Of a stretch of DNA of 64,000 bases, positions 17,832 through 37,888 are shown one piece after another. Numbering within the stretch: position 1 is the first letter of the stretch; every line of letters starts with the position of its first letter. The translations under genes and the position numbers were made by a program. The DNA is from the human T2T-CHM13v2.0 reference genome, Homo sapiens. The notes beneath the pieces are model-generated. The model was given only the letters and a program-made list of their open reading frames with translations. It was not told where the DNA came from and made no database searches. The stretch is taken from assembly GCF_009914755.1 (NCBI RefSeq), contig NC_060939.1; one strand, written 5' to 3'.

Positions 17832-18122
17832 GCGATGCAGTGTTCCCAAGGTCTGTGCTGAGGAGAACGCTGCTCTGCCTTCGCTGTGTCCCCCGGGTCT
17901 GTGCTGAGCAGAACGCAGCTCCGCCCTTGCGGTGCCCCCGGCCCACCCGTCCGCCCGGGTCTGTGCTGAGGAGAACACTGCTCCGCCTTCGCTGTATCTC
18001 TGAAGTCTGTGCAGAGGAGAACTCAGCTCGCCCTCACGATGCAATCCGGTCTGTGTTGAGGAGAACGCAGCTCCGCCCTCGCAAAGGCGCACAGCGCCGG
18101 CGCAGGCGCAGAGAGGCGCACA
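17832..18122. repeat. Interstitial subtelomeric TAR1 fragment (61-bp-type units plus one 29-bp unit)
   Basis: Five units starting GTCTGTG(C/T)(T/A)GAG(G/C)AGAAC at 17851, 17897, 17959, 18005 and 18049 (periods 46, 62, 46, 44), then AGGCGCACAGCGCCGGCGCAGGCGCAGAG (29 nt, 18085-18113) and a partial copy. Same order as next to human telomeres. No (TTAGGG)n present. Confidence 0.88.
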
Positions 18123-20549
18123 TTTTATGAATAGAAAATCAGTTTCTCCCTGTTCCTCCTACGTCGAGGCCGGACACACGTTTACAGGGGATCAGTGTGA
18201 AGGGAAGCTGGTGAGGCTGCCTGGGAAGCCCCCTGCCTGCATCTCCCAGTGGACTCCTTGGGAGCGCCCCCTCCCCACCTCTGCCCATCAGCGCCTGAAC
18301 CGTGGCCACTTGCACTCCTGTTGCCTCCCCAGTGGCTTGAACTCCAGAACTTGCCACCCTTCAGTGGAATTCCTGGAGGAGTGAGGAGCTCTGTGCTATG
18401 CTTGGCCACCGAACATGGGCCATCTCTCCTATTATGGTTTGAAATGTACCATAGTGTCTTGTTTGGTAATTGTATAAAAATATGGGGAGACTGTGCGGGT
18501 GTCTGCTGGCTTGTCTGCTGGTTCTTACTCATGGTGCCTTCTTCCCTTTCAGACTTGGATATCTTTGTGTGCTTCTTGGGGCCCTTGGAAGGGTGTCTGT
18601 GGGGTTTCCGTGAGGCCAAAGACAGAGGTTCCTTCTCACAAGGATGGTGTTTGCTTTCACATGGACAGCCCAGACCACCTGGAACCAAGTGCACAGAAGC
18701 CCCACCATCCCTGGCCCTCCCAGGTGTGATGGGTGAGGGGTCCAAGTCCGCCGGAGATCCAAGGCTCTTTGTGGTTGAATCTGTGAGTTTCCTTTCCTTT
18801 TTTCCTCCCACTCCTTTTAATGCTAATGAATTCCTTGTTTTGGGGCAGGGACCAGGGTTATCTCTGCTTCTGTCTTCACCCAGGTGAGGCCTTTCAGGCT
18901 CCCAGCTTGATATGGGGGTGAATCCCCTATCAGCCTCCTCATACCTTGACCTCTGTTTACCCCCCTACTCCCTCCAAGGTCGAAGCCCAACTTGTCAGGT
19001 TGGCAAATGCTCACAAGCAACAGTGGCCCCAGCGCTCCTCTCTAGGTTCTTGGTTTTCCCCTGAAACTTGGCCTGGAGGTTTCCCACTAGCTTAGCAGCC
19101 CTTTGATGCTTTTAACGTAATTTTGTTATTGTCTTATCCAAAATTCTTGCTTGTTTTCAGAGGGAAAGCGGGTCTGCCAGTACTGCACAGAGAATCTGGG
19201 ACAGTTATTATAACCATAGAAATTTATTTTCCATGTGCTGTCCCATCTTCTTGATGAGACAGATGTTTAACAACTGGAGAACTGGACCCCATCTTTGTCC
19301 CCATCTTGCCTAGCAACAGAAGGTGGTCACTAACCAGGGATTTTCGAGCCCATTGCTTAAGGCCGTTGTTGACCCAAAGGATAGTGGGTCCCTGCTCCTC
19401 TTCCTACGGAGAGGCCCAGGTGCCCAGAGGGCCCTCCTGGCTCGGCTGCCTACTTGAGTGGCTGATGAAGTGTCTGCTGTGCGCACAGGGCACCCAGCCC
19501 CGCTCCTCCCCAGGCAGCCCCTCGAACAGCTGTTCCTCTACTGCTTCAGCTGTGGACCTGAGGCTGAGAGTCTGAGCCATCGACCTGAGCCACATGCGGG
19601 GGAGTGGCAGGCCTGGACCCGGTGCCCAGACCTGGCTCACGTGACCTTACTTTTTCCACTGTGCCTGCTGCTCCCTCCCGGGCTCTGTGACCTTGGGCAG
19701 CCATGGCCGTTGTGCACCCATTCCCAGCTGTAAAATGAGAGGCTGGGCTGGCTGATCTCAAATGTCCCCTGCCAGCCTGAGATTCTGCGTTGTGTCCTGG
19801 GGTGTGACCGTGACATGCCTCCAAAGGCAGCTGCCAGTGCTCACGAGGGAGGCCTTTTTCCTGAGTTAAGGCAGGTAGGGGGACTGGGGGTGAGTTGAGG
19901 GACTGGGAGGTGGGGGAAGCACACAGACAGTCCTCCCCAGCTGAACCCTCATGGTGAATTACCTTCAGTCCCAGGCTCAGTGCTTTGGAAATGCTCTCAG
20001 GCCCAGCACCCAGACCTGGAACCAGCCTCCAGGCCCCTGGCCCTCCCTTTCTCTACTGGAATCTTCCAGACCGAGGCAGGTCAGCTGAAAGTCACTGACT
20101 CTGCCTTCCACAAACTCATAGCTGACAGACCATTCCATGTCCCCTCCCAGCCCCGTCCCAGGAGGGGAACTCACTTCGCCTTCCCACCCTCCAGGCCGAC
20201 TCACTGTCCGTCACTCTCTGGGTCCCACCCACTGTCCCACCGACTTCATTGGTCTAAAAATATGCTCTGGCGTCTTGTTGGAAAGCAGAAGGAATCATGG
20301 GCCCTGCTGATAAGGTGAAGAAAGTGACCCGAGGGGGCAAACTTACAGACGGGACATGCTTTAGCAAAATAACAAAACAGCGGGACCTGAAGGCTGGCTT
20401 CCCAAGCCTCCTCAAGGCCTTGTGCCAGGAAGAGGACCCTCGGGCTTAGGGAAGTGAAAACCAGGCTCGGGTCCCTCACCCAGACCCTTCTGCCCACTTT
20501 GGGAGGGAGCCCAAGAAGTCAGCTAGGGAGGGACCTCCCGGTGGGACCT

Positions 20550-20819
20550 GAGTCCTGATTGGAACTTTCTGGGGGCTTTCTTGGCATTTTACGTGTGTTG
20601 TCACAACTCCTTGATGGGGGAGTTAAGCATGGTCTGTGGGATTCCACTGGGAGAGGACCCCTAGAAGCCTGGGCCGGGCCTCCTCCCAATTTCACCCCAT
20701 ATGCCTTTCCCTTTGCTCATTATGCTTTGTGTCTTTTGCTGTAGTAAACCACAGCCATGACTTTTGCAAGTCCTCCTAGATTAACACTGAACTTGGGGGT
20801 GGTTTTAGGGACCCTGACA
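20550..20819 (+). mobile_element. LTR 3' fragment (MER68/MER21-like)
   Basis: TCCACTGGGAGAGGAC...CCTTTCCCTTTGCT...GTAGTAAACC...GGGGGTGGTTTTAGGGACCCTGACA resembles the 3' end of this family. Subfamily uncertain. Confidence 0.55.
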
Positions 20820-20824
20820 TACCT

Positions 20825-22960
<2,136 letters not shown>

Positions 22961-23002
22961 GCCTTCATTTTCTCATTCATTTATTTTATTTTACTTTTTA
23001 TC

Positions 23003-23025
23003 ATATATATATATATATATATATA
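23003..23025. repeat. (TA)n microsatellite
   Basis: ATATATATATATATATATATAT. Confidence 0.85.
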
Positions 23026-23924
23026 TTTATATTTTATTTCATTTTATCTTATTTTAGTTTTTAGAGACAGTGTCTTGCCCTGTCACCCAGGCTGGATTGC
23101 GGTGGTGTGATCATAGCTCACTGCAGTATCAACCTCCTGGACTCAAGCGATCCTCCTGCCTGGGACTATAGCCATGCATCACCATGCCCAGCTAACCATC
23201 CATTTCTTTCTTTTTTTAAAACAAATTTTATGTTTATTTATTTATTTATTTGGATTTCTCCTACCGAAAGGAATCATTCATTTCTTTTTTTTTTTTTTTT
23301 TTTTTTTTGAGAGGGAGCCTTGCTCTGTTGCCCAGGCTGGAGTGCAGTGGCACAATCTCAGCTCACTGCAACCCCTATCTCCCAGGTTCAAGCCTCAGCC
23401 TTCTGCATAGCTGGGACTACAGGTGTGCACCACCACACCCAGCTAGTTTTTGTATTTTTCAGTAGAGACAGAGTTTCACTATATGTTGGCCAGGCTGGTC
23501 TCGAACTCCTGACTTCAGCTGATCCACCTGCCTCGGCCTCCCAAAGTGCTGGGATTACAGACGTGGGCCACCACGCCCAACCAGAATCATTCATTTCTTT
23601 TCAAGTGGATATCTTATGGTATTTTAGGGCATGGCTGGGAGCAGTTTTGTTTTCTGTTCTCAAGGTGGAGTTTTTGCAGGATGTCATAGAGTTCATGTCT
23701 GCAGCTCACAGTGTCATTGCCTGTGTCCGCAGCTCCACGTACTGGCAGGTGTACTGCAAGCTGGGCAGGTGCTCCGTGTCCCTGGGATACCTTACCCAAC
23801 ACTCCTGGCCCTCCTCTGCAAGCCGTGCCCTGATCCTCCCTGCAGGGACTGGGGATTGGTTCTGCTCACCCAGAAGCCGGGATACCTGGCTGAGGGCACT
23901 TCTCTCCCTCTTCTCTTTGAACAG

Positions 23925-24053
23925 AGTGGCCGCGAACCCAAAGGTGCGGGAACAAGTGCGGCTGGAGCTGAGCTTGGTCAACTCAGACCTGCAGATGCTC
24001 AAGGAAGAGCTGGAGGGGCTGAACATCTCAGTGGGCATCTATCAGAACACAGA
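23925..24053 (+). pseudogene. RHPN2: RHPN2 exon 3 copy (129 nt)
   Basis: aacag|AGTGGCC...ACAGA|gtaagt; [42 protein letters not shown]. Confidence 0.92.
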
Positions 24054-25093
24054 GTAAGTGGGAGCAGCACACCTTCCAGAAGCCTCTGAGCCAGAGATCC
24101 TTCATATATCCAGGGTATGAAGAGGTACCTGGGTACGAACCCTATCTGCACAAACAGGGCAGATAGGGTTCTAGACTGGGGTGTGGCAGCCCCAGCTTTG
24201 GGAAGTGAGAGAACCATCAGGTTTGGGGTTGAGTGAGGTGCTAGACTGGAAGGGATGAGCCCATTTCTTGGGAAATATCTGCAGTGTTGGGAAATATCTG
24301 TAGTGTTGGGAAATATCTGCAGTGACAAAAAGGCATTTGTGAGGCCAGGCACAGTGGCTCACTCCTGTAATCCCAACACTTTGGGAGGCTGAGGCGGGTG
24401 GATCACCTGAGGTCAGGAGTTCGAGACCAGTCTGGCCAACATGATGAAACCCCGTCTCTACTAAAAATAAAAATAGCCAGACGTGGTGGTGCACACTTGT
24501 AATCCTGGCTTCTCAGAGGCTGAGGCAGAATTGCTTGAACCCGGGAGTTGGACGTTTCAGTGAGCCGAGATCACACTACTGTACTCCAGCCTGGCTGACA
24601 GAGCAAGACTCTGTCTCAAAACAAACAGACAAAAAAAACAAATGAAGACAGTATAAAATCTAGTGTAAATATACGTGATGAACCAAGATAAGTTTAAAAG
24701 TTAGATGCCTTGGATTTTATAGTTAAGTTTCAGTAATTCCGCGTAGTCACATTTCATAGACATGCAAACATTAGCAAGATATGTTATTAAATTCAACTGA
24801 ACAGACATTGAGCAAGGATATTTTAGTGGGTCATCATAATTTTCCTAAGAAACATTAAAGGGACATTGTTAGGACAATACCTTTCCAATGTTGGCTAATT
24901 ATTTTCTCATTTATTTGCCAAGGAACAGAAAGCATACACAAATACTTCGGGACTAAGGCCAAAGGCCAAAATTGACCCTGTAAGGGGAGGCCACTATGCA
25001 CACACAGAGATTCTGTGCACTGTACTTAGATGCTGGACTGCAGTCTGTTTCCTAGCTGGAGGTGACAAACTGAAACAGAAAAATCCAAATTAA

Positions 25094-25451
<358 letters not shown>

Positions 25452-26012
25452 TGAAGGCACTGTATCGTATCATTCTCCATAACTCAATTTTGGAATTGAT
25501 TTCTGCAAGATGAAAGCCAACAACACCATCCCTCAGAATTGCAATACATCTCCAAAAATGGAGATCTAACTATGAAAGAAATGCCCCTCTTGCCTCATGT
25601 CTGTAATCCAGCTCTTCAGGAGGCTGAGATGGGGGATCGCTTGAGCCCAGGAGTTCAAGGCCAGCCTGGGCAACATAGTGAAACCCCATCTCTACAAAAA
25701 ATAGGAAAATTAGCCGGGCATGGTGGTGTACACCTGTAGTCCCAGCTACTCAGAAGGCTGAGGTGGGAAGATCACTTGAGCCAGGGAGGTCGAGACTGCA
25801 GTAATGGCAACAGAAAGAAGTCCTGTCTCAAAAAACACAAAAACAAAACAAAACCCTAAGTGAAATGCTTCTTTTTAAGGAGAAATAACTTTGAGACAGT
25901 TCAAAGAAGGGTTTACGTGCTTTTTTAGTAGGGGCATGAGACTTCTCAAAAAGTAGGTGGGCCCCAGGGTAAACTCAGTCGGAAAATAGCTCCCTGGATT
26001 TGGGAACCTTAA

Positions 26013-26357
<345 letters not shown>

Positions 26358-26460
26358 TAGTAGAGATGGGGTTTCACCATGTTGGCCAGGCTGGTCTCGA
26401 GCTCCTGACCTTGTGATCTGCCGGCCTCAGCCTCCCAAAGTGCTAGGTTTACAGGCGTGA

Positions 26461-27054
<594 letters not shown>

Positions 27055-28587
27055 TGACCTCGTGATCCGCCTGCCTCGGCCTCCCAAAGTGCTGGGATTA
27101 TGGGCGTGAGCCACCATGCCCGGCCCTGTTTTCAAAGTAGATTGTTTCTTTCTTAGTATGGTTGATCTTTTTTTTTTTTTTTTTCTTTCTGAGACGGAGT
27201 CTTGCTCTGTCACCCAGGCATGGAGTGCAGTGGCGTAATCTTGGCTCACTGCTACCTCCACCTCCTGGTTGAAGTGATTCTCTTGCCTCAGCCTCCTGAG
27301 TAGCTGGGATTACAGGCGCACACCACCATGCCCAGGTAGTTTTTGTATTTTTAGTAGAGACGGGGTTTTACCATGTTGGCCAGGTTGGTCTTGAACTCCT
27401 GACCTCACGTGATCTGCCTGTTTCAGCCACCTAAAGTGATGGGATTATAGGCGTGAGCCACTGCGCCTGGCCTGCACTATTCTTTTTTCAAGGTAGACTG
27501 TTTCTTTCTTAGCATGGTTGATCTTTACAGTCTTCTAGGAGGTAGGCGGGAAAGAAATAACCTCATGGTGCATGAGGTTATTTCCCTCCCTCATGGGAAA
27601 ACTCAGGGAAGCCGGAGGGCACCTAGAGGGTGCTGTCAGTGCCACACTGGGGCTGGGGTGCCCTGGAGTTGGGACTCAGGACAGTCGCTCCTCCTCTTGT
27701 TGTTGCCTGGACAGCCACAAACCTGGCTTCCCGCCCTGTGTAGCCTGGAGGAGCCTTCAGCAGAATTCGGCTTTCCATGCCCCCAGGATGGGTCTCACCT
27801 GGCCGTAGCATGGCTGTGCTGCAGAGCCAGGTTCAGCTTACAGCTGCATTGTCCCCTCGCCCTGCCCAGCCTTCCTGGCCTTCTTGTGGGGCTGGGCTGA
27901 GCAGCCCAAGGAGGTCTCCTGTTACAGGTCAGGGAGCTGAATCCCTGTTTGCAAAACACAGCCTGAGCTCCGTTCACTTCCTGCTGTCCCTGCCCCTAGG
28001 AATGTAGGCTCAGGGAGCACTCCCCAGGCAACCTGTGGTTACAGAGTGGTCAGCTGGGGGAGAGGAGGTGGAGGGTGTCTGACCCTGGGCTGGGAGGCAG
28101 GTGCACTTCGGTGTCGGATGGGGCTCCTGCCCTGATGGCATCTTCTGTGCTGGTGGTGGGACGCCTAGACACTTCCCAAAGAAGAGGCCCCTATGAACCC
28201 AGAGTTGTGAATGTGAGGGTGTTGGAGAGCTGCCACAGCTGTGGGGCCCGCTGAGGGGAGCAGAGGAGGAGGGGGTGAGGAGCTGACAAAGGAGGCGCAG
28301 GGCAGCAGGGTGGTGCACCCAGGTGGGAGCAGCAAGTGCACCATGCACAGGCCCTGGCACACAATAGACTCTCAGCACAGCTGCCAAAAGAAGCATTGAG
28401 ATTGAGCTGGGCACAGAGGCTTGTATCCATCATCCCAGCACATTGGGAAGCCAAGGTGGACGAATCACTTGAGGTCAGAAGACCAGCCTGGCCAACGTGG
28501 TCAACATGGTGAAACCCCATTGCTACTAAAAAAATATACAAAAATTAGCCGGGTGTGGTGTCCTGTGCCTGTAATCCCAGTTACTCA

Positions 28588-28689
<102 letters not shown>

Positions 28690-29000
28690 TCAAAAAAAAA
28701 TAAAATAAAAAAGGAACCATTTAGGCATTGAAACCGGGAGATAAATCAGTGTCAAGATGCCAGGGGCCTGATGTGTTAGGCAGGGTGGTCCAGCAGTCTT
28801 AGGGAGCAGGGTCAGTTTTAGAGCAGAGGGTGGGGCATGACTAGAGTCATCCTTATGGAAAATGAGCCTGTCAGCCAGGTGAGTACTGGATGGGGCAAGG
28901 AGGGGGCACACACCTGAGCTGGGCTGCTGAGGGCAAGGCTGTGGCATGCACAAGGGTCCGGTTGGGGGTGTTCATACATACCTTGTTGTGTTCCTCATAG

Positions 29001-29076
29001 GGAGGCATTTACGGTTCCCCTGATTCCTCTTGGCCTGAAGGAAACGAAAGACATCGACTTTTCAGTCATCCTCAAG
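29001..29076 (+). pseudogene. RHPN2: RHPN2 exon 4 copy (76 nt)
   Basis: catag|GGAGGCA...CTCAAG|gtaaat; [25 protein letters not shown]. Confidence 0.92.
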
Positions 29077-29107
29077 GTAAATCTCAAAGCCATGGGCACT
29101 GGACTCA

Positions 29108-29338
<231 letters not shown>

Positions 29339-30958
29339 TCAGTTGATATCTACAGAGTGACCCTGAGGCCCTTCTCAGCCAGCTACATGCATAATTGATA
29401 TGTTTATTCCTGCCATATTTTTGTTGTTGCCTTTGATGGCTTCTGAAGCTCCTCCTGGGTCTTGGACAAGGCAGGTTGGAAACCCAGGAGGGCCTTCCCT
29501 GAGAGGCCAAGTCAAAGGGTCTGTAGTGGATATGCTTTCAAATTTAAAACTTACATCCTCTTTTATTAATAGTGTATTTGTTTCTTAAGTCATGTATCCA
29601 GTTTAGGTTATGTCTTTGGAAGAATAGCTAAAGTTTTTTCTCTAACATTTGATTATGAAAATTTCCAAACTTTTCAAAAAATTTTAAGAATTTTATAGCA
29701 AACCCCTGTGTACTCACTTCTTCCGAGAACATACTGCCAGCATTGCTTCCTGACATATTTGTCCATCTGTGCATTCTTGTGTCTGTTAGGTTGGTTTGAA
29801 GGTAATTGCAGTTTTTGCCATTGAAAGTAATGGCTAAAGGCTGGGCATAGTGGCTCACGCCTGTAATCCCAGCACTTTGGGAGGCTGAAGCAGGCGGCTC
29901 ACTTGAGCTCAGGAGTTGAAGACCAGCCTGGCTAAAATGGTAAAACCCCTGTCTCTACCAAATGTACAGAAATTAGCTGGACGTGGTGGTGCACACCTGT
30001 AATCCCAGTTACTTCAGAGGCTGAGGCAGGTGAATCGTTCAAACCCGGGAGGTAGAGGTGGAGGTTGCAGGGAGCCGAGATCACGCCACTGCCCTCCAGC
30101 CTGGGCGACAGAGTGAGATCCCATCTAAAAAAAAAAAAATTAGCTGGGCATAGTGGCATATGGCTGTAATCCCAGTTACTCGAGAGGCTGAGGCACGAGA
30201 GAGGCGCTTGAACCCAGGAGGCAGAGGATGCAGTGAGCTGAGATTGTGCCACTGCACTCCAGCCTGGGCAACAGTGAAACTGTCTCAAAAAAAAAAAAAA
30301 AAAAAAGAGAACGAAAGTAATGGCTAATATCAATCTGTCTTATTTGTGATGCAATTTCAAAGGAAATCAAAGATGTCAATTCACTCCCCTTAAATATTTG
30401 AATAACCAGAGTCTTTGCTTGTGTGTCCCCCTGCCACATTCCTGGGTATCTGGACTCCTCTCCCATTTGGCAGATCCTCATAAGCCCACCTGTGCCTGGC
30501 ACTGTGCTGGGTGCCAGAGGTGCCACAAGCACTGCCTGCGGGGCCCTTGGGTCAGTGGGGGATTCAAGTGGGAAGTGGAAGGGGTGCTTCAATGGAGAAC
30601 ACAGGAGATACCGTGCCCGGAGGCTGGGGCCGGGAGACCGTCCTGTGCCTGGAATACCCTCCTCTTCTTTCCCTCTTCAACTCCATCAATTTGAGTTTTT
30701 AACCAGTCACCTCCAAATTCCATCAAGGAGGGGAAAGGGGATGAGGTGCAGGGTGGCCCAAGATTGCATCATGCAGCCCAGGCATTGGTTATAGGAATTA
30801 ATCCTAGCATTGCGAAAATTGCTTCGAAGAAATATTTTGTGTTCTTTTTTTTCCTTTTTCTTTATTATTTTGAGACCGAGTCTCACTGTTTCACCCAGGC
30901 TGGCATGCAGTGGCATGATCTTGGCTCACTGCAACCCCTGCCTCCTGGGCTCAGTTGA

Positions 30959-31594
<636 letters not shown>

Positions 31595-32264
31595 TGAGCT
31601 GGAGTTTCGCTCTTGTTGCCCAGGCTGGAGGGCAGTGATGGCCATCTCAGCTCACTGCAACCTCCACCTCCCAGGTTCAAGTGATTCTCCTGCCTCAGCC
31701 TCCTGAGTAGGTGGGATTACAGGCACCTGCCATCATGCCTGGCTAATTTGTGTTTTTAGTAGAGATGGGGTTTCACTATGTTGGCCAGGCTGGTCTCGAA
31801 CTCGATCCACCCGCCTTGGCCTCCCAAAGTGCTGGGATTACAGGTGTGAGCCACCGCTCCCAGCCAACTACTACTTTTAAAAGCAATTGGTTAATACTTT
31901 GGAAGCACTTGACCTTCATTCTCAGAGACGGTGAGTTGTTTGACATAAATAGAGGCCTTTTTTACTGCTGCCTTGTTTAAATCCTGTGAGTTTGGGGTTT
32001 ATTTTGGAACTGGAGAAGGGAAGTTGGTATTCTGAGTGTTTCAGGACTCAAGTTTACCGGAAAGTTTATGTTCTGGGTAGAAAGCAATGAAAACAATCCA
32101 GGAATTGCAGCTTTATGCCACACTGCCACAGCCTGCCTGAACTTTTACGTGAGACTTATGCCCAGATGCAATGGCTCACGCCTATAATCTTAGCACTTTG
32201 GGAGGCTGAGGCAAGAGGACAGCTTGAGGCCAGGAGTTGGAGACCAGCCTGGGCAACAGAATGA

Positions 32265-32451
<187 letters not shown>

Positions 32452-33250
32452 TAATTTTTGTGTGTATATATGTATATTTTTTGAGATGAAGCCTCGCTCT
32501 GTCGCCCAGGCTGGAGTACAGTGGCGTGATCTCGGCTCACTGCAAACTCCACCTCCCAGGTTCAAGCAATTCTCTGCCTCAGCCTCCTGAGTAGCTGGGG
32601 TTTCAGGCACCCACCACCATGCTGGCTAATTTTTGTATTTTTAGTAGAGACAGGGTTTCACCATCCTGGCCAGGCTGGTCTTGAACTCCTGACCTCATGA
32701 TCCACCTGCCTCGGCCTCTCAGAGTGCTGGGATTAGAGGTGTGAGCCACTGTGCCAGGCTAATTTTTGTATTTTTAGTAGAGACAGATTTTCACCATCCT
32801 GGCCAGGCTGGTCTTGAACTCCTGACCTCAGGTGATCTGCCCACCTTGGCCTTCCAAAGTACTGGGATTACAGGTGTCAACCACCACGCAGTCATCTCTT
32901 TCTCTCTCTCTCTTTTTTTTTTTTCTTTTTTAAGAGATGGGGTCTCCTCACTATGATGCCCAGGCTGGTCTTGAACTCCTGGCCATAAGCGATCTTCCTG
33001 CTTCCACCTCCAGCAAAAGTGCTGAGATCATAGATGTGAGCCACCACACCCAGCCCCATCTCTATTTTTATTTAAAATATATGTGTGTATATATAAATGC
33101 AAAAATAGATGTGACTTGCCACTGGTCTGTGGGACTCAAAACAATCACGTGTCTGGAAATGTCTGTTGCTATTGTAGAAGTTTCTTTACGATTTAATTTG
33201 TCTGTTGCATGGTGCTGGGCTACAAGAATGTAAGCATTTTTTTTTTTTGA

Positions 33251-33542
<292 letters not shown>

Positions 33543-34459
33543 TAAAGGAAGAGTCTCTTGGAGAAACTTAGGAATTTTATAGGCATTTTTAAGGATTCAA
33601 CTGGGTCATGTTCTGAATTCCACATTAAAGCAAATGAAAATATTCACATGTTGTGGACATGGCCAACTGCCATTCGGCACAGGCTTCCAACCATGTCATT
33701 TTAGCCTAAAAGAGACGCTACAAATGTCAGTCATATGAAAATGAGAACGTTTGAGGGGCTTTCTGTTGTATTTTTTCCCTTCCATATTTGAGAGAAACAC
33801 AGGTACTGCAGAAGTGGTTCAGCAGACTGAATTAGGGCAATTCCATTTCAAATCTGACTTGTGTGTCCATGTGATATTTTTAATAATCAGTGAAGCTTCA
33901 CAGTGTGATTTTGTTTTATTTTATTTTATGTATTTATTTATTTAGAGAGGGAGTCTCGCTCTGAAGCCCAGGCCGGAGTGCAGTGGCACAGTCTTGGCTC
34001 ACTGCAACCTCTGTCTCCCAGGTTCAAGCGATTCTCTTGCTTCAGCCTCCTGAGTACCTGGGATTACAGGCATCCGCCACCACACCCAGCTAATTTTTAT
34101 ATTTTTAGTAGAGACAGGGTTTCACCATGTTGACCAGGCTGTTCTCGAACTCCTGACCTCAAGTGATCCACCCGCCTCAGCTTCCCAAAGTGTTGGGATT
34201 ACAGGCGTGAGCCACTGCAGCTGGCTGATTTTGTTTTATTTTGAGGAAATAGGGCCAGGCACAGTGGCTCACACCTTTAGTCCCAGCTACTTAGGAGGCT
34301 GAGGTGGCTTGCTTGAGCCCAAGAGGTCGAGGCTGCAGTCAGCTGTGATTGAGCCCCTGCAGTCCATCCTGGAAAACAGAATGATACCTTGTCTCATTAA
34401 AAAAAAAAAAAAAAATCGAATCAATGAAAGAAAATGAAATCACATCTGTTCTTCAGTAA

Positions 34460-34795
<336 letters not shown>

Positions 34796-35205
34796 TGATC
34801 TGCCTACCTCAGCCTTGAAAACTGCTGGGATTACAGATGTGACGAGCCACCACACCTGGCTGTCTGTTAAGTTTGTCTAATTAGTTATTGCTTGTATAAG
34901 AAAGGAAGAATATTGACTTTTCTTTTTTACTATTGACTTTCATGTGCTAACTTCTTTGCCACTTTATTGAATTCTTATTAATTTAGTAATGTTTCAGTTG
35001 ATGCTATTGGGTTTTATAAACATGCTGTTGTGTTGCAAAAAATTATTTTGATTGTTTCTTTCCAGTATTTTATGTCTCTTATTTTTCTTAATGTGTGGGC
35101 TAGAGAATGTTTGGAATTAGGCTAAGTAATAACAGTGATGGTAGAAATTCTCGTTTTGTCCCTAATGTTTACAGTGGGTTTCAGTTAGGATTTTTTTTTT
35201 TTTAG

Positions 35206-35421
<216 letters not shown>

Positions 35422-35531
35422 TGATCCACCTGCCTCGGCCTCCCAAAGTGCTGAGATTACAGGGGTGAGCCACTGTGCCTGGCCAGTTAGATAATTTTTT
35501 TTATCCCACTAAGTACGTTAATCTACCCTAG

Positions 35532-36079
<548 letters not shown>

Positions 36080-36124
36080 TGAGGTGGGAGGATCACCTGA
36101 GGCCAGGAGTCCGAGACCAGCCTA

Positions 36125-36445
<321 letters not shown>

Positions 36446-37091
36446 TTACACAGTCACTTGGGAAGACATAATTGAGCCATCTATGTGATCACCTTTCTTG
36501 CAGCTTGGGGGAGCCAGCACTTGTAGGGGCGGGGGTGGGGCAACAGGGCAAAACCCCATCTCTATTAAAAAATACAAAAATGAAATTAGCCTGTGGCACG
36601 TGCCTGTGGTCCCAGCTACTTGGGAGGCTGAAGTAGGAGGATTACTTGAGCCCAGAGAAGTCGAGGCTGCGGTGAGCCGCGATCGCACCACTGCACTCCA
36701 GCCTAGGCAACCAAGTGAGACCCTGCCTCAAAGATAAAATAAAATAAAATGCCTTTATAACATGGTTAAGTGTCTTCTTGGCAAAGGAAACCTGTATCTG
36801 GGGACTGTTATGACAGTCCTACCCTCAGGGTCTGTGCTGGGAAACTTGTCTGGGTCCTGAGGGAGGCCCAGAATTGCAAGTCTGAGCCCCTGAATATCTG
36901 CAGTGTTTGCAGTATAGTTGAATGTATAGGCCATAGACTAGTCTCAAACTCCTGGGCTCAAGTGATTTACCTGCCCTGTCTTCACAAAGTGCTGGGATTA
37001 CAGATGTGAGCCATGATGCACAGACACAAAGACATTTTTAAGCAAAAAATTAACTTCAACTCTCACTTTTACTGAAGCAACACAGCATTTA

Positions 37092-37382
<291 letters not shown>

Positions 37383-37408
37383 TTAAAAAAAAAAAAAAAA
37401 AAATTCTA

Positions 37409-37621
<213 letters not shown>

Positions 37622-37810
37622 CTACAGAGCAAGACTCCATATAAAAAAAACTACATAAATTAAGAAAATAAATTCCCCCACTTTGAAAATCACTGTAAGT
37701 TTTTCTTTATTCTGCCTTTTTAGAAACAGGTCACAAATGACATATTACTGTTATGCACATACATGGTTTTCAATCACATTTTATAGTATCTAACCTTATT
37801 TTTCTTTAAG

Positions 37811-37888
37811 GATTTTATCCTGGAACATTACAGTGAAGATGGCTATTTATATGAAGATGAAATCACAGATCTTATGGATCCGAGACAA
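37811..37888 (+). pseudogene. RHPN2: RHPN2 exon 5 copy (78 nt)
   Basis: ttaag|GATTTT...AGACAA|gtaagt; DFILEHYSEDGYLYEDEITDLMDPRQ. Confidence 0.92.

Noticed and set aside
17851-18090. CRISPR-like repeat-spacer array
   Set aside because: Primate DNA; the sequences between the conserved cores resemble each other, as expected for degenerate tandem TAR1 units.
17814-18130. ORFs across the TAR1 repeat as an N-terminus fused to the CHEK2 kinase exons
   Set aside because: ORF 17814..18092 starts at GTG and would join exon 11 out of frame. The nearest minus-strand ATG (18123) stops within the repeat.
18182-18887. Opposing ~210-aa ORFs just right of the junction
   Set aside because: No recognisable domain or exon structure; most likely chance frames in intronic DNA. 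BLASTP or PhyloCSF would settle it.
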